Assembly: GCF_006345805.1 (NCBI RefSeq)
Contig: NC_042999.1
Location: 35,588,001 to 35,652,000 of the forward strand
Source of the DNA: Octopus sinensis
Lineage: Eukaryota
Direction: 5' to 3'
DNA: 64,000 nt
Position 1 is the stretch's first letter, and each line of letters starts with the position of its first letter. The notes below the pieces were generated by a model. That model did not search any database. It was not told the origin of the DNA and was given only the letters and a program-made list of their open reading frames with translations. Below, piece by piece: positions 47,999 to 60,087 of the stretch. Made by a program: the position numbers and the translations under genes.

Positions 47999-49549
47999 TA
48001 TTTTATATAATTTGCCACTAGGGCAGCACACAGAGTAGTAGCTACGGGCTGGACAAGGACATTAATGGATGATGGTGGTGGTGGATGAAGATGGTGATGG
48101 GAGAAGTCGAAAGCGCCCGCCGACTTTCGCTTCTCTAAAACAATGTTTCAATAAATACATTTAATAAAATGTTCACAATGATTCAAATTACATAAAAAAT
48201 GTTCAACAATTCTCCTCGTCAGGTCCCCGAAGCAAATTGTCTTGCCGCCTGCAGACAACTCTGCGACGACAAGTCGGGGCCTGCAAAGAGAAAAGTAAAA
48301 TCTTTCCTTTCAAAGGTCTCTGCGACCCTTGACAAAGTATCTTCTGTTACTTTTTCCGCAGCTACCCGCGGAGGCCATAACGGACTCCTTGAGCCGACCG
48401 TGCCCTTACGTTCTCGGTCACCCAAGCCATTCAAAAATCTTTCCACCTCCTCTCCCTTGTGGTAAAGGAGGAGAAGCATCTCCTCTTCACAGGAAGGGAC
48501 CTCACACTGCTCCGTCAGTGGCACACTTCCTACTGGCGGAGCCTTGTCTGCGGGTGGCACACATCCCACCCGCGGCTCCGTCGGCGACACAGAAACGTCA
48601 GTCGTCCGACCTCTCCTTTTTCTCCTCCTTCTTTTGGGGGAGACTGCTGACCCAGGGGACTCCGTCACCAGACACGGGGGATTGCTATCCCCCTCTGCCC
48701 CCTGAGCGTTCTTTGGCGGGCAACCGTTGTTGCTCGCCTGTCTCTTTCTTTTCGTGGAGGCAACCTCCTCCACGACTTCCACCGTCTCCCCCTCCAATGA
48801 GGGGGCGGCGGGTGCCTTTTCCCCTTTCTGCTCCAGGGCACCACCACGGCCCCCGGGACAATTCTTCCTGATATGTCCGGGCTTCAGGCACAGGTGACAC
48901 TTGGGGGGGTGACCCTCGAGTATCACCGGGTACCTGTGCCCAGCCATTCTCAGGAAGTCCGGGAATTTCATTTCTCCCACGGCCACCGGTGTCCACAGGG
49001 TCAAAGTTGCCTTCGACCCCTCCCAGGCGACCACGGGAGCCATTTTCACACTCAGTAGTCTGGGTCCGCTATCCCCCAGGCCTCGCCGGATGGTCCTCTC
49101 GATCCATTCCGCCTCCGTGCCCGGGGGCAGCCCACACACCCAGGCTCTTTTTACTTTTCTGCCACAATACGAGGGGAGGAACAAAATTTCCTCTCCCTCC
49201 AGTGGCTCGCTAAATCGAACCAGGATCGCACAACTTCCACAAAAATTGGTGTAAAATTGGTAGTTCTTCACAGCACAATACAATTCTCACAATTCGAAGA
49301 CGGATACGCCCCCAAAAATTTTCTCAGCGAGAAAAATATATTTGCCACATGTCGGCAGAATTAGAAATCCGAATCCAGTAGGACTTCCTGCATGTAAAAA
49401 ATAATTTTCAACAAAAACTCCACTGGACCCAGAAAACAGAATCTTACCTTACATGGGGCTTCCAAAGTTTTCAATTCAAGACGGCTTCAAAAGCACATCT
49501 TCACTGCTTCGGTGTCAAACACAACACTGACTCGCACATGCGCAGTAAG
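47999..49549 (-). mobile_element. ORF1-only retro-like element inserted into a SINE
   Basis: AAGCTACTT duplicated at both ends and the SINE resumes in register; GC-rich; one long ORF. Confidence 0.75.
48219..49283 (-). CDS. Tx1/L1-type ORF1 (Gag-like) protein with a CCHC zinc knuckle
   Basis: uninterrupted 354-codon frame (track start is a non-ATG codon); PDFLRMAGHRYPVILEGHPPK-CHLCLKPGHIRKNC (CX2CX4HX4C). Confidence 0.8.
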   Translation of the reverse strand: MYCAVKNYQFYTNFCGSCAILVRFSEPLEGEEILFLPSYCGRKVKRAWVCGLPPGTEAEWIERTIRRGLGDSGPRLLSVKMAPVVAWEGSKATLTLWTPVAVGEMKFPDFLRMAGHRYPVILEGHPPKCHLCLKPGHIRKNCPGGRGGALEQKGEKAPAAPSLEGETVEVVEEVASTKRKRQASNNGCPPKNAQGAEGDSNPPCLVTESPGSAVSPKRRRRKRRGRTTDVSVSPTEPRVGCVPPADKAPPVGSVPLTEQCEVPSCEEEMLLLLYHKGEEVERFLNGLGDRERKGTVGSRSPLWPPRVAAEKVTEDTLSRVAETFERKDFTFLFAGPDLSSQSCLQAARQFASGT

Positions 49550-50788
49550 AAGCTACTTACCACACAGCCACTCCTGCGCCTATATGGCCAGCTGTAATCC
49601 ATTACTTTTATTTTCGAAAGTCTATTCATTGGTTGACCTCCATCAGTCAAGGTCTATCAGGCACCTGCACATGTTTGAGCAGGTTTTGGCAATTATGTTT
49701 TTTAAGGGTAACTAGGGCCAATGCAGTTTGGCACCAGTGTCATTACAGACATTGCAGTCAGAAAACTAAGTGCTGGAACAGATAGACACGGTATCTCACC
49801 CACCACCAACAACAATTCTACCAATTCATACTTTTTTATTAATCCTGAAAAAAATTAAAAGTTGACCCTGGTGAAACTTGAACTCAGATTACTATCAGAA
49901 GAATTCTATCTAATGGTTTAATGACTGTCAATTCAGTCTTTCAAATGAGTGAATCTCAGGAGAAGCAAGAAATGAAGGTTGGAGACTTATTGACTCTTAT
50001 TATCTTCAAGGCTTAACCATCACCACCACACTTATTTCTTATTTGATGGTTTGGATCATATCACTTTGTTTGGGTATGGATCATATCACTTTGTTCAGGT
50101 ACTCTCATCATCATTATTTTCACATCTACTTTTTTTATGCTGGCATGGGTTGGCTGTAATAACTTGAAGGAGTATTATGCAGCCATATGCCCTTCCTAAT
50201 GTCAACCCACATATTTTAAATAAGGTGCTGTATTCTACGTCTTCATATGTTGAATAGCTGGTGGATGTTTTGTTTATAGAGACATAAAATGTTGCAATCC
50301 AACTAGTGTTAATACAAAGACTTGTGGGGGTAAAAACATACACATGTTCCCCCCCCCCCAATCTCTCTCTTGTGTACACTCATACTGGACAGGCTTGTGA
50401 ACAGTTTTAGTCTGCCAAATTTCACTTACAGATCATTGGTTAGTCCAACACTTGCTCAAGGTGCCACACAGTAGGTCAAACCTGCAAACTTCTTAACCGT
50501 ACAGTTATGCCTGCATCTAATTTCACCAATTAGTATAATTCATATAGTAAGTCCATTTCATTTTGTAAAACTAGGAACTAGATTCATTTTAGTAAAGACT
50601 TTAACCTTTTACCCTAAAATTCCATTCTGCCACATGATTAAAAAGCATTTCATTATTGTTGACATTATGATGACTTCATCTCATTTCAAATGTTTCCACT
50701 TTTTCTTTTCTTTTACTTCTTAAAAATCAAAAAAAAAAAAATAATAAGTAGAGATTACAACTTCATATGAATTTTTTGTTATTGTTAG

Positions 50789-50888
50789 GGGAAGATGAAT
50801 TATCTAAGAAGATGGACGAAACTTTGGCACATGAAGCTGTGTCAGATGCATGTAAGGATTTTGTTGCTGTAAAGATTAAATCTCCAAG
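50789..50888 (+). CDS. UBXN4: UBXN4 exon 2 (GEDELSKKMDETLAHEAVSDACKDFVAVKIKSP-S)
   Basis: ttgttag| acceptor, AG|gtatc donor, phase 1 to 2; FVAVKI motif of the thioredoxin-like domain. Confidence 0.9.
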
Positions 50889-51083
50889 GTATCAACTGTT
50901 TCATTTTTTTCTGAAACTATTTATGATGTGATGTTTTAGCTTTTGTCTTAATTTTTTGTGTCTGCATTTCAATGAATTACTGATGTTGTTTTCTGTCAAA
51001 GTATTTGTTGATAAATTGATGACCTGTGTTCTTTTAGGTAGACTTTATAATTAATGATTTTTTTTTTCATTTTTCAATTTCAG

Positions 51084-51112
51084 TGATATATGTCAACAGT
51101 TTTCACAGATCT
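51084..51112 (+). CDS. UBXN4: UBXN4 exon 3, 29 bp (S-DICQQFSQI-Y)
   Basis: polypyrimidine tract plus cag|, donor gtatcc, phase 2 to 1; matches recalled CLQFSQIY. Confidence 0.9.
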
Positions 51113-53417
51113 GTATCCTTCATTAAAATGGTTTTCATTAAAGAAATTGAACTTCCATTCAGTAAATGTGATTTCACTGTTTGCCTCTCTTTGTGACCAT
51201 ATTTCTAATGAAATGCACAGTCCATACATTTTAATTAATTTTGAACATAAATATTTGGAGGAATTAAAATAACTTTATCATTAAACTGGTATTTGTAATA
51301 TATATTTCTTTACTACCCACAAGAGGCTAAACACAGAGGGGACAAACAAGGACAGACAAACGGGTTAAGTCGATTACATCAATCCCAGTGCGTAACTGGT
51401 ACTTAATTTATCGACCCCGAAAGGATGAAAGGCAAAGTTGACCTCGGCAGAATTTGAACTCAGAACGTAGCGGCAGACGAAATACGGCTACACATTTCGC
51501 CCGGCGTGCTAACGTTTCTGCCAGCTCACCGCCTTTCACGGTGGTATTTGTAATATAACTTAAACTCTTCTCAAAGTGGGAAAAAGAGAAAATGATGCAT
51601 CAGAGAAAATGACATTGTTCCATTGAGTCATAGACCACCTCTGATAGCTTGGATACCATATTTTTCTGCTTATTAGTATTGATGGAGGACAGGAGATGCT
51701 AGCTCTCCCATGGTTTCCAGCTTTATAGAGCTCACAACAAACAACTTTGATTGATACAGAGTTGGCAAGTTATTGATTTAATTTCTGCTGTCACTTTTGC
51801 TGCAGTAGTCCAATGGTTTTGCGATACAATACATTCCATTATTTTGTGCTTCTTCTGTCCAGAATTAGGCTTGCCAGAGCTGGATTTACCTTAGTTATGG
51901 AATGCTAACTTGATTTTAGAAGCTGTACCACTCAAAATATTAAATAATTCAACATTTTCAGTGTCTGAAGCTCCAACCTTTTGCACTCCAACAATTTGTC
52001 TTCCTTATAATCAGATAGGTCACACAATTTATTAAAATATAAATATTCACAACACGCACATACACAACAACAGGGTGATATGAAGTAAAAGGCATATGAA
52101 TACATATACACAGACTAAAACAGTTCTGAATTTGTTACCTTGCAAATAGAAAAAAAAATAGTTACGTGAAAAGTTGAGCTTCCCTTATTTTGTTCAACTC
52201 CTGTATATTTACATATGAAATCATCATCATCATCATCACCATTTAGCGTCTGCTTTCCATGCTAGCATAGGCTGGATGGTTCAACTGGGGTCTGTGAAGC
52301 CAGAAGGCTGCATCAGGCCCAGTCTGATCTGGCAGTGTTTCTCCGGCTGGATGCCCTTCCTAATGCCAACCACTCCGTGAGTGTAGTGGGTGCTTTTTAC
52401 ATGCCACCTGCACAGGTGCCAGACGGAGCTGGCAAACAGCCACGAACGGATGGTGCTTTTACGTGCCACTGGCACGGGGGCCAGGCGAGGCTGGCAACAG
52501 ACACGAATGGATGGTGCTTTTACGTGCCACCGGCATGGGGGCCAGGCGAGGCTGGCAACAGACACGAACGGATGGTGCTTTTTATGTGCCACCAGCACGA
52601 GGCCAGTAATATAATATAATATAATTCATATTTTTAAAATTTACATACTTCAACTATTTGTCTTACTCTACTCAAACTAACTACTTCAGTCCTTTTAGTA
52701 AAGATGAAAATAATTTCTTCAAAACTAAATTATTGGTCATTGCATTGTAATTTTCATTTTAAAAAAATTACATCCATTAATTTGACTGTAAGCTCCTACC
52801 TGAAATCAATTCCTATCCAAGCCATGCTTACATGGAAAATAAAAGTAAAACTGTAGAACTTAGTTTTAAACCTCAATAGAAATCATTTCCAATTTCTTTA
52901 TAGAGCTTTGTCCAATAGGATGTTATTCCTGTTCTTGTATTAAATTTATTAACAACCTACTAAAATTCATTTGTAAGTAATGTTAAAATGTTTTTATAAT
53001 AAAACAGTAGCTAACCTACATCAGAATAATGAAAAGCAATGGTGGGTGGGTGGAACTGGAACTCAGAATGTAAATCGATAAAACCAAAATAATACAAGGT
53101 AGTTTGTTTAGTACTTTACTGTGTCTGTCATCCACGTACCATCTGTGGGAAATATTACCTTACTTGGAAACAGGTGAGGGTTGGCAATATGAAGGACATC
53201 CAGCCATAGAAATCCACCTCAACAAGTTTTGTCTGACCCATGCAAGCATGGAAAAGTGGATATTAAAATGACGATTGCATTTAATGAAACTGAGGACTGT
53301 TAACTGTGGTTTTCTTCTCTTTACCACCACTGTTATCATAGTTGTTATTTTTCTCATCGTCTTTATCATCAATGATGAAATTGGTTACTAGTTGTTGTCT
53401 TTGACTCAGTTTCTTAG

Positions 53418-53536
53418 ATCCAGTAGTTTTTGTACCATCAGTGTTTTTCATTGGATTAAATGGTCTACCAATTGAAATTACACCAGGCCACTTAGAGCCA
53501 GAGGAGTTTAATAAGAAAGCTCAAGATGTCATAAAA
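53418..53536 (+). CDS. UBXN4: UBXN4 exon 4 (YPVVFVPSVFFIGLNGLPIEITPGHLEPEEFNKKAQDVIK)
   Basis: ttcttag| and |gtaagt, phase 1 to 0; matches recalled YPVVCVPSSFFIGDSGIPLEVIAG. Confidence 0.92.
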
Positions 53537-54319
53537 GTAAGTTGACTGTTTTATATTACATTTTTCTTTGTTTTGAATATTGCAGTTGTTTAGTTTTTTT
53601 TTGTGAATATAAACACATGCACATTTCAGAAAACCTGTTGAGCAAATGAAATCAAAATCAAATTCGATGACTGGCATCCGTGCTAGTGGAGCGCTAAGAG
53701 TACCATCCGAGCAGGATCATTGCCAGAGCAGCAAACGGGCTTCTGTGCTAGTGGCATGTAAAAAGCACCATCTGAAAAAACATTCGAGCGAGGTCGTTGC
53801 CAGTGCCGCAGGACTGGCTCCTGTGCAGGTGGCACGTAAAAAACACCATTTGAGAGTGGCTGCTGCCAGTACTGCCTGACTGGCCCTCGTGCCAGTAGCA
53901 TGTAAAAGCACCCACTACACTCTCGGAGTGGTTGGCATTAGGAAAGGCATCCAGCTGTAGAAACTCTGCCAGATCAAGATTGGAGCCTGGTGCAGCCATC
54001 TGGTTCACCAGACCTCAGCCAAATTGTCCAACCCATGTTAGCATGGAAAGCGGACATTAAACGATGATAATGATGATGACTATCATTTAGTCAACTAATT
54101 AATTAACTAATCATTTGATCCATCAGTCAATTGGTTTGTCTGAATCCTTTTGTTGCAATCTGTTACCTTATTGATTATGTGACCTCATCTCTCCTTCTGT
54201 CAATAAACTTTGGAATTGATCCACTAAGCACATGATTAGTTAACTAACTGATAATTGCTTCTTACATAGGCAGAGGGCCAGAAAGTTGGGGTTGGGGGTT
54301 AATTACTTTGACCCCAGGC

Positions 54320-54650
54320 ACATGGCTCGTGGTAATAGCGTCTAACTCACAATCATGTGGTAGTGAGTTTGATTCCCAGACCAGGCTGTGTGTTATGTTC
54401 TTGAGCAAGATGCTTTATTTCATGTTGCTCCAGTTCACTCAGCTGTAGAAATGAGTTGCAATGTTATTAGTGCCAAATTGTATCAGCCCTTGCCTTTCCC
54501 TTGGATAACATTGGTGGTATGGATAGGGGAGGCTAGGATGCATGGGTGATGCTGGTCTTCCATAAACAACCTTGCCTGGACTTGTGCCTCAGAAGGTAAC
54601 TTTCTAGGTGCAATCTCATAGTCATTCATGACAGAAGGGGGTCTTTACTT
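54320..54650 (+). mobile_element. tRNA-derived SINE (head Y, third tail type)
   Basis: GAGTTTGATTCCC B-box; TGTTGCTCCAGTTCACTCAGCTGTA core. Confidence 0.7.
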
Positions 54651-56029
54651 TAGTACTTGTTTGGTACTTCATTTTATGGATGCCAGTGGGATGAAAGGTA
54701 AAAGTTAACCATGGTAGGATTTGAACTTGGAAAGTAAAGAACCTTAACTATATATTGCAAAGTATTTTGTCCAACAGTGCAATGGTTCTACCAATCTGCT
54801 GCCCTTAACTGAATGATGATAATAAAAGAAAATGGAATTCATTCAGTGCTTGTGTTTTTATTGGCAAAATGACCCTCCCATTATACAGCATCTGTTACAA
54901 CACATGATTCCACATCACCTGTCTTATTTATTGGAAGATTTCTTTTGCTAATTCATGCTACAAAAACTGGAGCTTAATTTCAGTATCTGTGAACCCTTGT
55001 GGTTTATCATTATCATCATTTCATGTCCATGTTCCATCCTGGCATGGGTTGGATCAAATGACAGGATCTGATGTACCCAATGACTATATCATGTGCCATT
55101 GTCTGCTTTGACATGGTTTCTACAGCTTGATGCCTTTTCTAATATGCTGATTAGTCTTTTCTTCTCCAGCAAGAAAACTGGAAAAAAAAGGTATTTCTTA
55201 GTGGGAAACCATCTCAATTCATTGTTAAAATTGCTATGATTTCTTTAGGCCTCACTGAGGAAATGACCAGAGACCTTTGGAAATATGCTGTACGTGAGAA
55301 GACCAGGCAGGACAAGTGAGCCCAGCCCACTTATGCATGCCTTCCCTCCCTTGGACACAAAGACCTGTTGAGGCACCAGCCTCGCCTGGCACCTGTGCGG
55401 GTGGCACGTAAAAAGCACCCACTACACTCACGGAGTGGTTGGCGTTAGGAAGGGCATCCAGCTGTAGAATCATTGCCAGATAAGACTGGAGCCTGGTGCA
55501 GCCTTCTGGCTTCCCAGATCCCCGGTCGAACTGTCCAACCCATGCTAGCATGGAGAACGGACGTTAAACGATGATGATGATGATTTCACCTACACTTTTT
55601 ATTGAGCTGATATTTTAAAACTATTGTTAAATGGATAAAGTGCATGAAATATAACTGAGAAAAATCTGAGGTAATGCACCTTGGTACTGGATCATAAATT
55701 GTTAGCTCTAATTGTAAATGTTTTAGGTCTTCGCTGGGTAAAATAATTAATCCTAGCAATTAACTTCACTGGAAAATATATATCTGGCTTTTCAGGAAAG
55801 GCTTCATGCCATAGATTAGTATCCTACCCAAAAAATATTTTGTTTTTTTATTGCTTAACATCGAGAAAAGTAGGGTTAACTAATGGTTAATTTAGATTCT
55901 GGGTCGTGCGAGGATTAAGTACTAACTACTCTTAAATCCAATCAATAACAGCTAAATGAAAAAGAATCATATACTAACAAATGTGCACTCTTTTGTACAT
56001 TTACTTAGTGGTTCTTTTATTTCCCCTTT

Positions 56030-56320
56030 TACGAGTACGGTGCTGGATATGTACAGTCAGCAAGTACAGTGGTGGGTATGTATAGTGGGCTAGTACTTTG
56101 GAGTTTATATACAATAGCCAAGTACAGTGGGGTTTATGTGCAATAATCAAGTACTGTTAGGGATATCTGCAGTAGACGAGTACAGAGGGGTTTATGTACA
56201 GTAGGAGGGTATGCATAGTTGGCAAGTACATTGGTGGAGTATGTACAGTAGGCAAGTACAGTTTTTGCCTATGTATGTTTGGTAAGTACAGTGAAGGTCA
56301 TGTACAGTAGACAGATACAG
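56030..56320. repeat. degenerate ~26-bp minisatellite (AAGTACAG..GG...TATGTACAGTAG)
   Basis: about 10 recurring AAGTAC / TATGTACAG units. Confidence 0.65.
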
Positions 56321-56539
56321 TTGTGAATTATGCTTTGCTAATGAGGAAACATTCCCGGAGTTGAGTCCTACTTACCTGTCATGGTCATTGATTAATATGG
56401 AGTTTTGTCTCTGTCTACTTCACTGCATATTTATTCCTAGTTAGTGTATTTTAATAGAGACAGCTTTAACTAGCATTTAAGACCATGTTTCTTTGATCGT
56501 GTTAAAAATTCAATTGAAATTTGACAAAATTTATTCTAG

Positions 56540-56838
56540 ATTCACCAGAGCCAGTTATCTGGTACTGCTAACATGGATGTTGATAAAACACGAGCAGCAG
56601 CTGCAGCACCGGTAGCAGCAGCAGAATCAACAGCACCAGCGGCAGCAGCAGCAACACCATCAACATTAGCTGCAACACCAGAACCAGAAAGGTTAAATGT
56701 AGCTCCTGAGAGCATGGAACTGGAACACACTGACCAACCTGCAACTGAACCTCTTGTAGCTCCTCCAGCCGAGGTACCCTCTACATCTGCAGCACCAGAT
56801 TCTTCAGCCTCTGACTCCTTGGACCAGCGAATTATGTA
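56540..56838 (+). CDS. UBXN4: UBXN4 exon 5, Ala/Pro/Ser/Thr-rich disordered linker (IHQSQLSG...SDSLDQRIM-Y)
   Basis: tattctag| and ta|gtgagt, 299 bp open, phase 0 to 2; contains the 56573..56839 ORF of the track. Confidence 0.85.
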
Positions 56839-59725
56839 GTGAGTTGTTGTTGTTTGTGTTCATCTTCTATCTTCAGGTGATTCTGTTGCAGCATCATTGG
56901 CGTTGTCACCATCGTTTTAATATCCACTTTCCCATGTTCACATGGGTTGGATGGAATTTACTGAGGCGGTTTTTCTACAACCTTCCTGTCGGCAATCCAT
57001 CACTTGTTTCCAAGTAAGGTAATATTTCCCCATGACCAGACAGGTTCTTACATCATCATCATCGTTTAACGTCCACTTTCCATGCTGGCATGGGTTGGAA
57101 CAATTTGACCGAGGACTGGCAAACCAGATGACTGCACCAGGCTCCAATCTGATCTGGCAGAGTTTGTACAGCTGGATGCCTTTCCTAACGCCAACCACTC
57201 TGAGAGTGTAGTGGGTGCTTTTACGTGCCACCAGCATGCGGGCCAGTCAGGCTGTACTGGCAACGGCCATGCTTAAATGGTGTTTTTTACGTGCCACCTG
57301 CACAGGAGCCAGTCCAGCGGCACTGGCAACAACCTGGCTTGAATATTTTTTCACATGCCACCGGCACATGGAAATGAATGGCACTAATTGTATGATAATG
57401 ACGATGAGACACATATGCAAATATATATTAATACATATATATGACAGGTTTCTTTCAGTTTTCTCCTACCAAATCCACTCCCAAGGCTTTAGTTGGCCAA
57501 TGCTATAGTAGAAGACTTGCCCAAGGTGCCATATTGTGGGACTGAACCTAGAACCACATGCATGGGGAGCAAACTTCTAACTGCACAGCCATGCCTGATA
57601 TGAATTATTGCAATATCAGTTTACATTTTACTGCCTATTAACCACCTCTTTCAGGTGCTTTTAACTCAACAGTTCAATCTATCCGATCACCAATCATCTT
57701 CTGTTTCCCTCCCTATTCCTATCGGTGTGGCTGTGTGGTAAGAAGCTTTCTCCCCAACCACATGGTTCTGGGTTCAATCCCACCGCGTGGCATTTTGGGT
57801 GTCTTCTTCTATAGCCTCAGGCTGACCAAAGCCTTGTGAGTGGATTTGTTAGATGGAAACTGAAAGAAGCCCATCACATATATATGAGTGTGTGTCTTTG
57901 TCCCCCCCCCCCCATCATCGCTTGACAACTGATCTTGGTGTGTTTATGTCACTGTAACTTAGCAGTTCAGTGACAGAGATCAATAGAATAAGTACTAGGC
58001 TTGCAAAGAATAAGTTCTGGGGTTGATTTCTTCGACAAAAACCCTTTAAGGTGGTGCTCCAGCATGGCCACAGTCAAATCTATATATGGGCACATGCACC
58101 AGGCATGGTCATTTTGTTATGGTCACTTCCCAAGCTTGTGGTTTGGGGTTCAATCTCTCTATGCACCACCTTCAGAAAGTGTTATCTGCTATGGTTCATG
58201 ACTGACCAAAGCTTTATGAGTGGATTTGATAGATAGAAACTGAAAAGAAGCCTGTTGTGTGTACATGTTTGTTTACATCTATGCTCAATTATTCAAAAGT
58301 TACTACATTCAAGTGGTCTTGTTGTTAGCACTTCTGTCAATAACGTATCTGCTTGCTTCGTGCCTTCAGTGTTGTGTGGTATAAGAAATCCCTTGAAAAA
58401 CAAGTATGGACATTTATCTTTAAGACAATGCTTCAATAACATATTCATTTCACCCATGTTAGCTTGGAAAAACAGACATAAAACGAAGAAAAAATTTCTC
58501 TTGCCAGGGTTTGAACTCAGAATTTTTCTATTCCTGGGCTTCAGCAGTCTTGCTTACCTAGCCTTTAAAGAAACCTCTCTCTGGTTAAATTCAAATTACT
58601 ATGAAAGTAAACGAACAAAGTTTGCTTTAGAAGCATTGAGACGTATTGGTAAGGAAATAATTTTATACTCAAATGCAAGATAATGCTTATAATATAGCAT
58701 GGACAAGATAAAATACCCATATTTTCTGCAAAATATGGGTACTTCATCCTGTTCATGTTATATTATTAGCATTATCCTGCATTTGAGATAAAAATATTTC
58801 CTTATCCCTCTTGTTGTTTGAATAGCTGTAAATAGCAGCCAATTCTCTCTCAAATGACACATTACTGTCTTAGGAATAGAACAATATAGTTTTTACATAT
58901 GCTATGCCTAAATAAAAAATGAAATTTCTCTCTATCTTGCTCACTTTCAGAAGAAAGACAAGGGATGGGGATACTGTATTCTTCACTTTTTATATGCTCT
59001 GCTTGTTCAGAGCTGATCTGAGGTTAACCAACAGCATTCAAAGACCTCACTACTGCTGGTGCCACATAAGAAGCACTCAGTCCACTGTGTAAAGTGGTTG
59101 GCATTATTAGGAAGGGCATCTAGCTGTAGAAACCATGTCAAAACAGACAGCAGAGCTTGGTGCTATTTTCTGACTTGACAGCTCCTGTCAAACTACCCTG
59201 CCCATGCCAACATGGGAAATGGAAACAAGGATGATGATGATGGTGATGATTAGTAACAGTAGTAAACTACCCTGTGTTGTTTAAGTTTCAAATTTGGAAT
59301 TGAGAAAGTGTTTAGTAAAATAACTAAACGTTTTATATATACATATATATATATTTATATATCTTTCATTGTTGTCTAGAATACCAAATTTGACAAAATA
59401 TTTGCGTAAAGAATATACGTATAACTGAGGTGAAACTTCACCATCAAATCATCAGTCATGTAATAATGGCTGTATTAGTTTAGATATATAGGCAGTTACA
59501 GGTGAGCTAGTAACAAGGTTAATTTTACAATTGTCCTTTTCCGTCTCTCCTAATAATTGTGTAGGATTTTGATCCTTAATATAGTTTCTTTTTATATTTT
59601 TGTTGAAGATGTTTTTTTTTTACTAGATCTCATGTAATTGAGATGTAATATTTATCTTCTGACCCTTCAATTCATACACCACCATTTATTGCTAAATTGT
59701 ATATTCTTATATTGATTCATCTTAA

Positions 59726-59943
59726 CCCTTTAGCATTTAAACCGGCCATATCCGACCCAAATATTTTATCTGTAGTATGTTCAAACTGACCAGATTTTGC
59801 CTCTGACACCCGACAATGTCACTCTAAAAAATAAACAATTACCCAATTGAAATTTCGTAGCTACAAGATAATGCGTAATAAATTCAAAATAATGTGAATA
59901 AATAAACATTACATTTGACAGAATAATCTTGAATGCTAAAGAG
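59726..59943. mobile_element. piggyBac-like MITE
   Basis: TTAA-CCCTTTAGCATT ... AATGCTAAAG(A/G)G-TTAA; copies at 60786-60992, ~11760-11912 and ~61725-62300 (split by a SINE). Confidence 0.8.
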
Positions 59944-60032
59944 TTAATGACCCGATTATTAGTTAATTGATCTGATTAAGGATGTGCTTGTAATTGATCT
60001 TAACCTGGTCATTTTTTTTCATCCTCCTACAG

Positions 60033-60087
60033 TGCAAAAGAGAAAATCCAAGAGAATCAAGAGCATAAACAAGTTAATGAAGAAAAG
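60033..60087 (+). CDS. UBXN4: UBXN4 exon 6 (Y-AKEKIQENQEHKQVNEEK)
   Basis: cctcctacag| and AAG|gtcagt, phase 2 to 0; start of charged coiled coil. Confidence 0.85.

Noticed and set aside
48329-48871. 180-aa + strand ORF and other overlapping ORFs at 48199-49213
   Set aside because: Antisense or alternate frames of the GC-rich ORF1, with no motifs.
56573-56839. Stand-alone 88-aa Ala-rich protein
   Set aside because: It is the 3' part of UBXN4 exon 5; the stop is created by the splice donor.
58255-58683. 142-aa ORF
   Set aside because: Starts in SINE sequence, lies in a UBXN4 intron, and has no recognisable motif or splice context.
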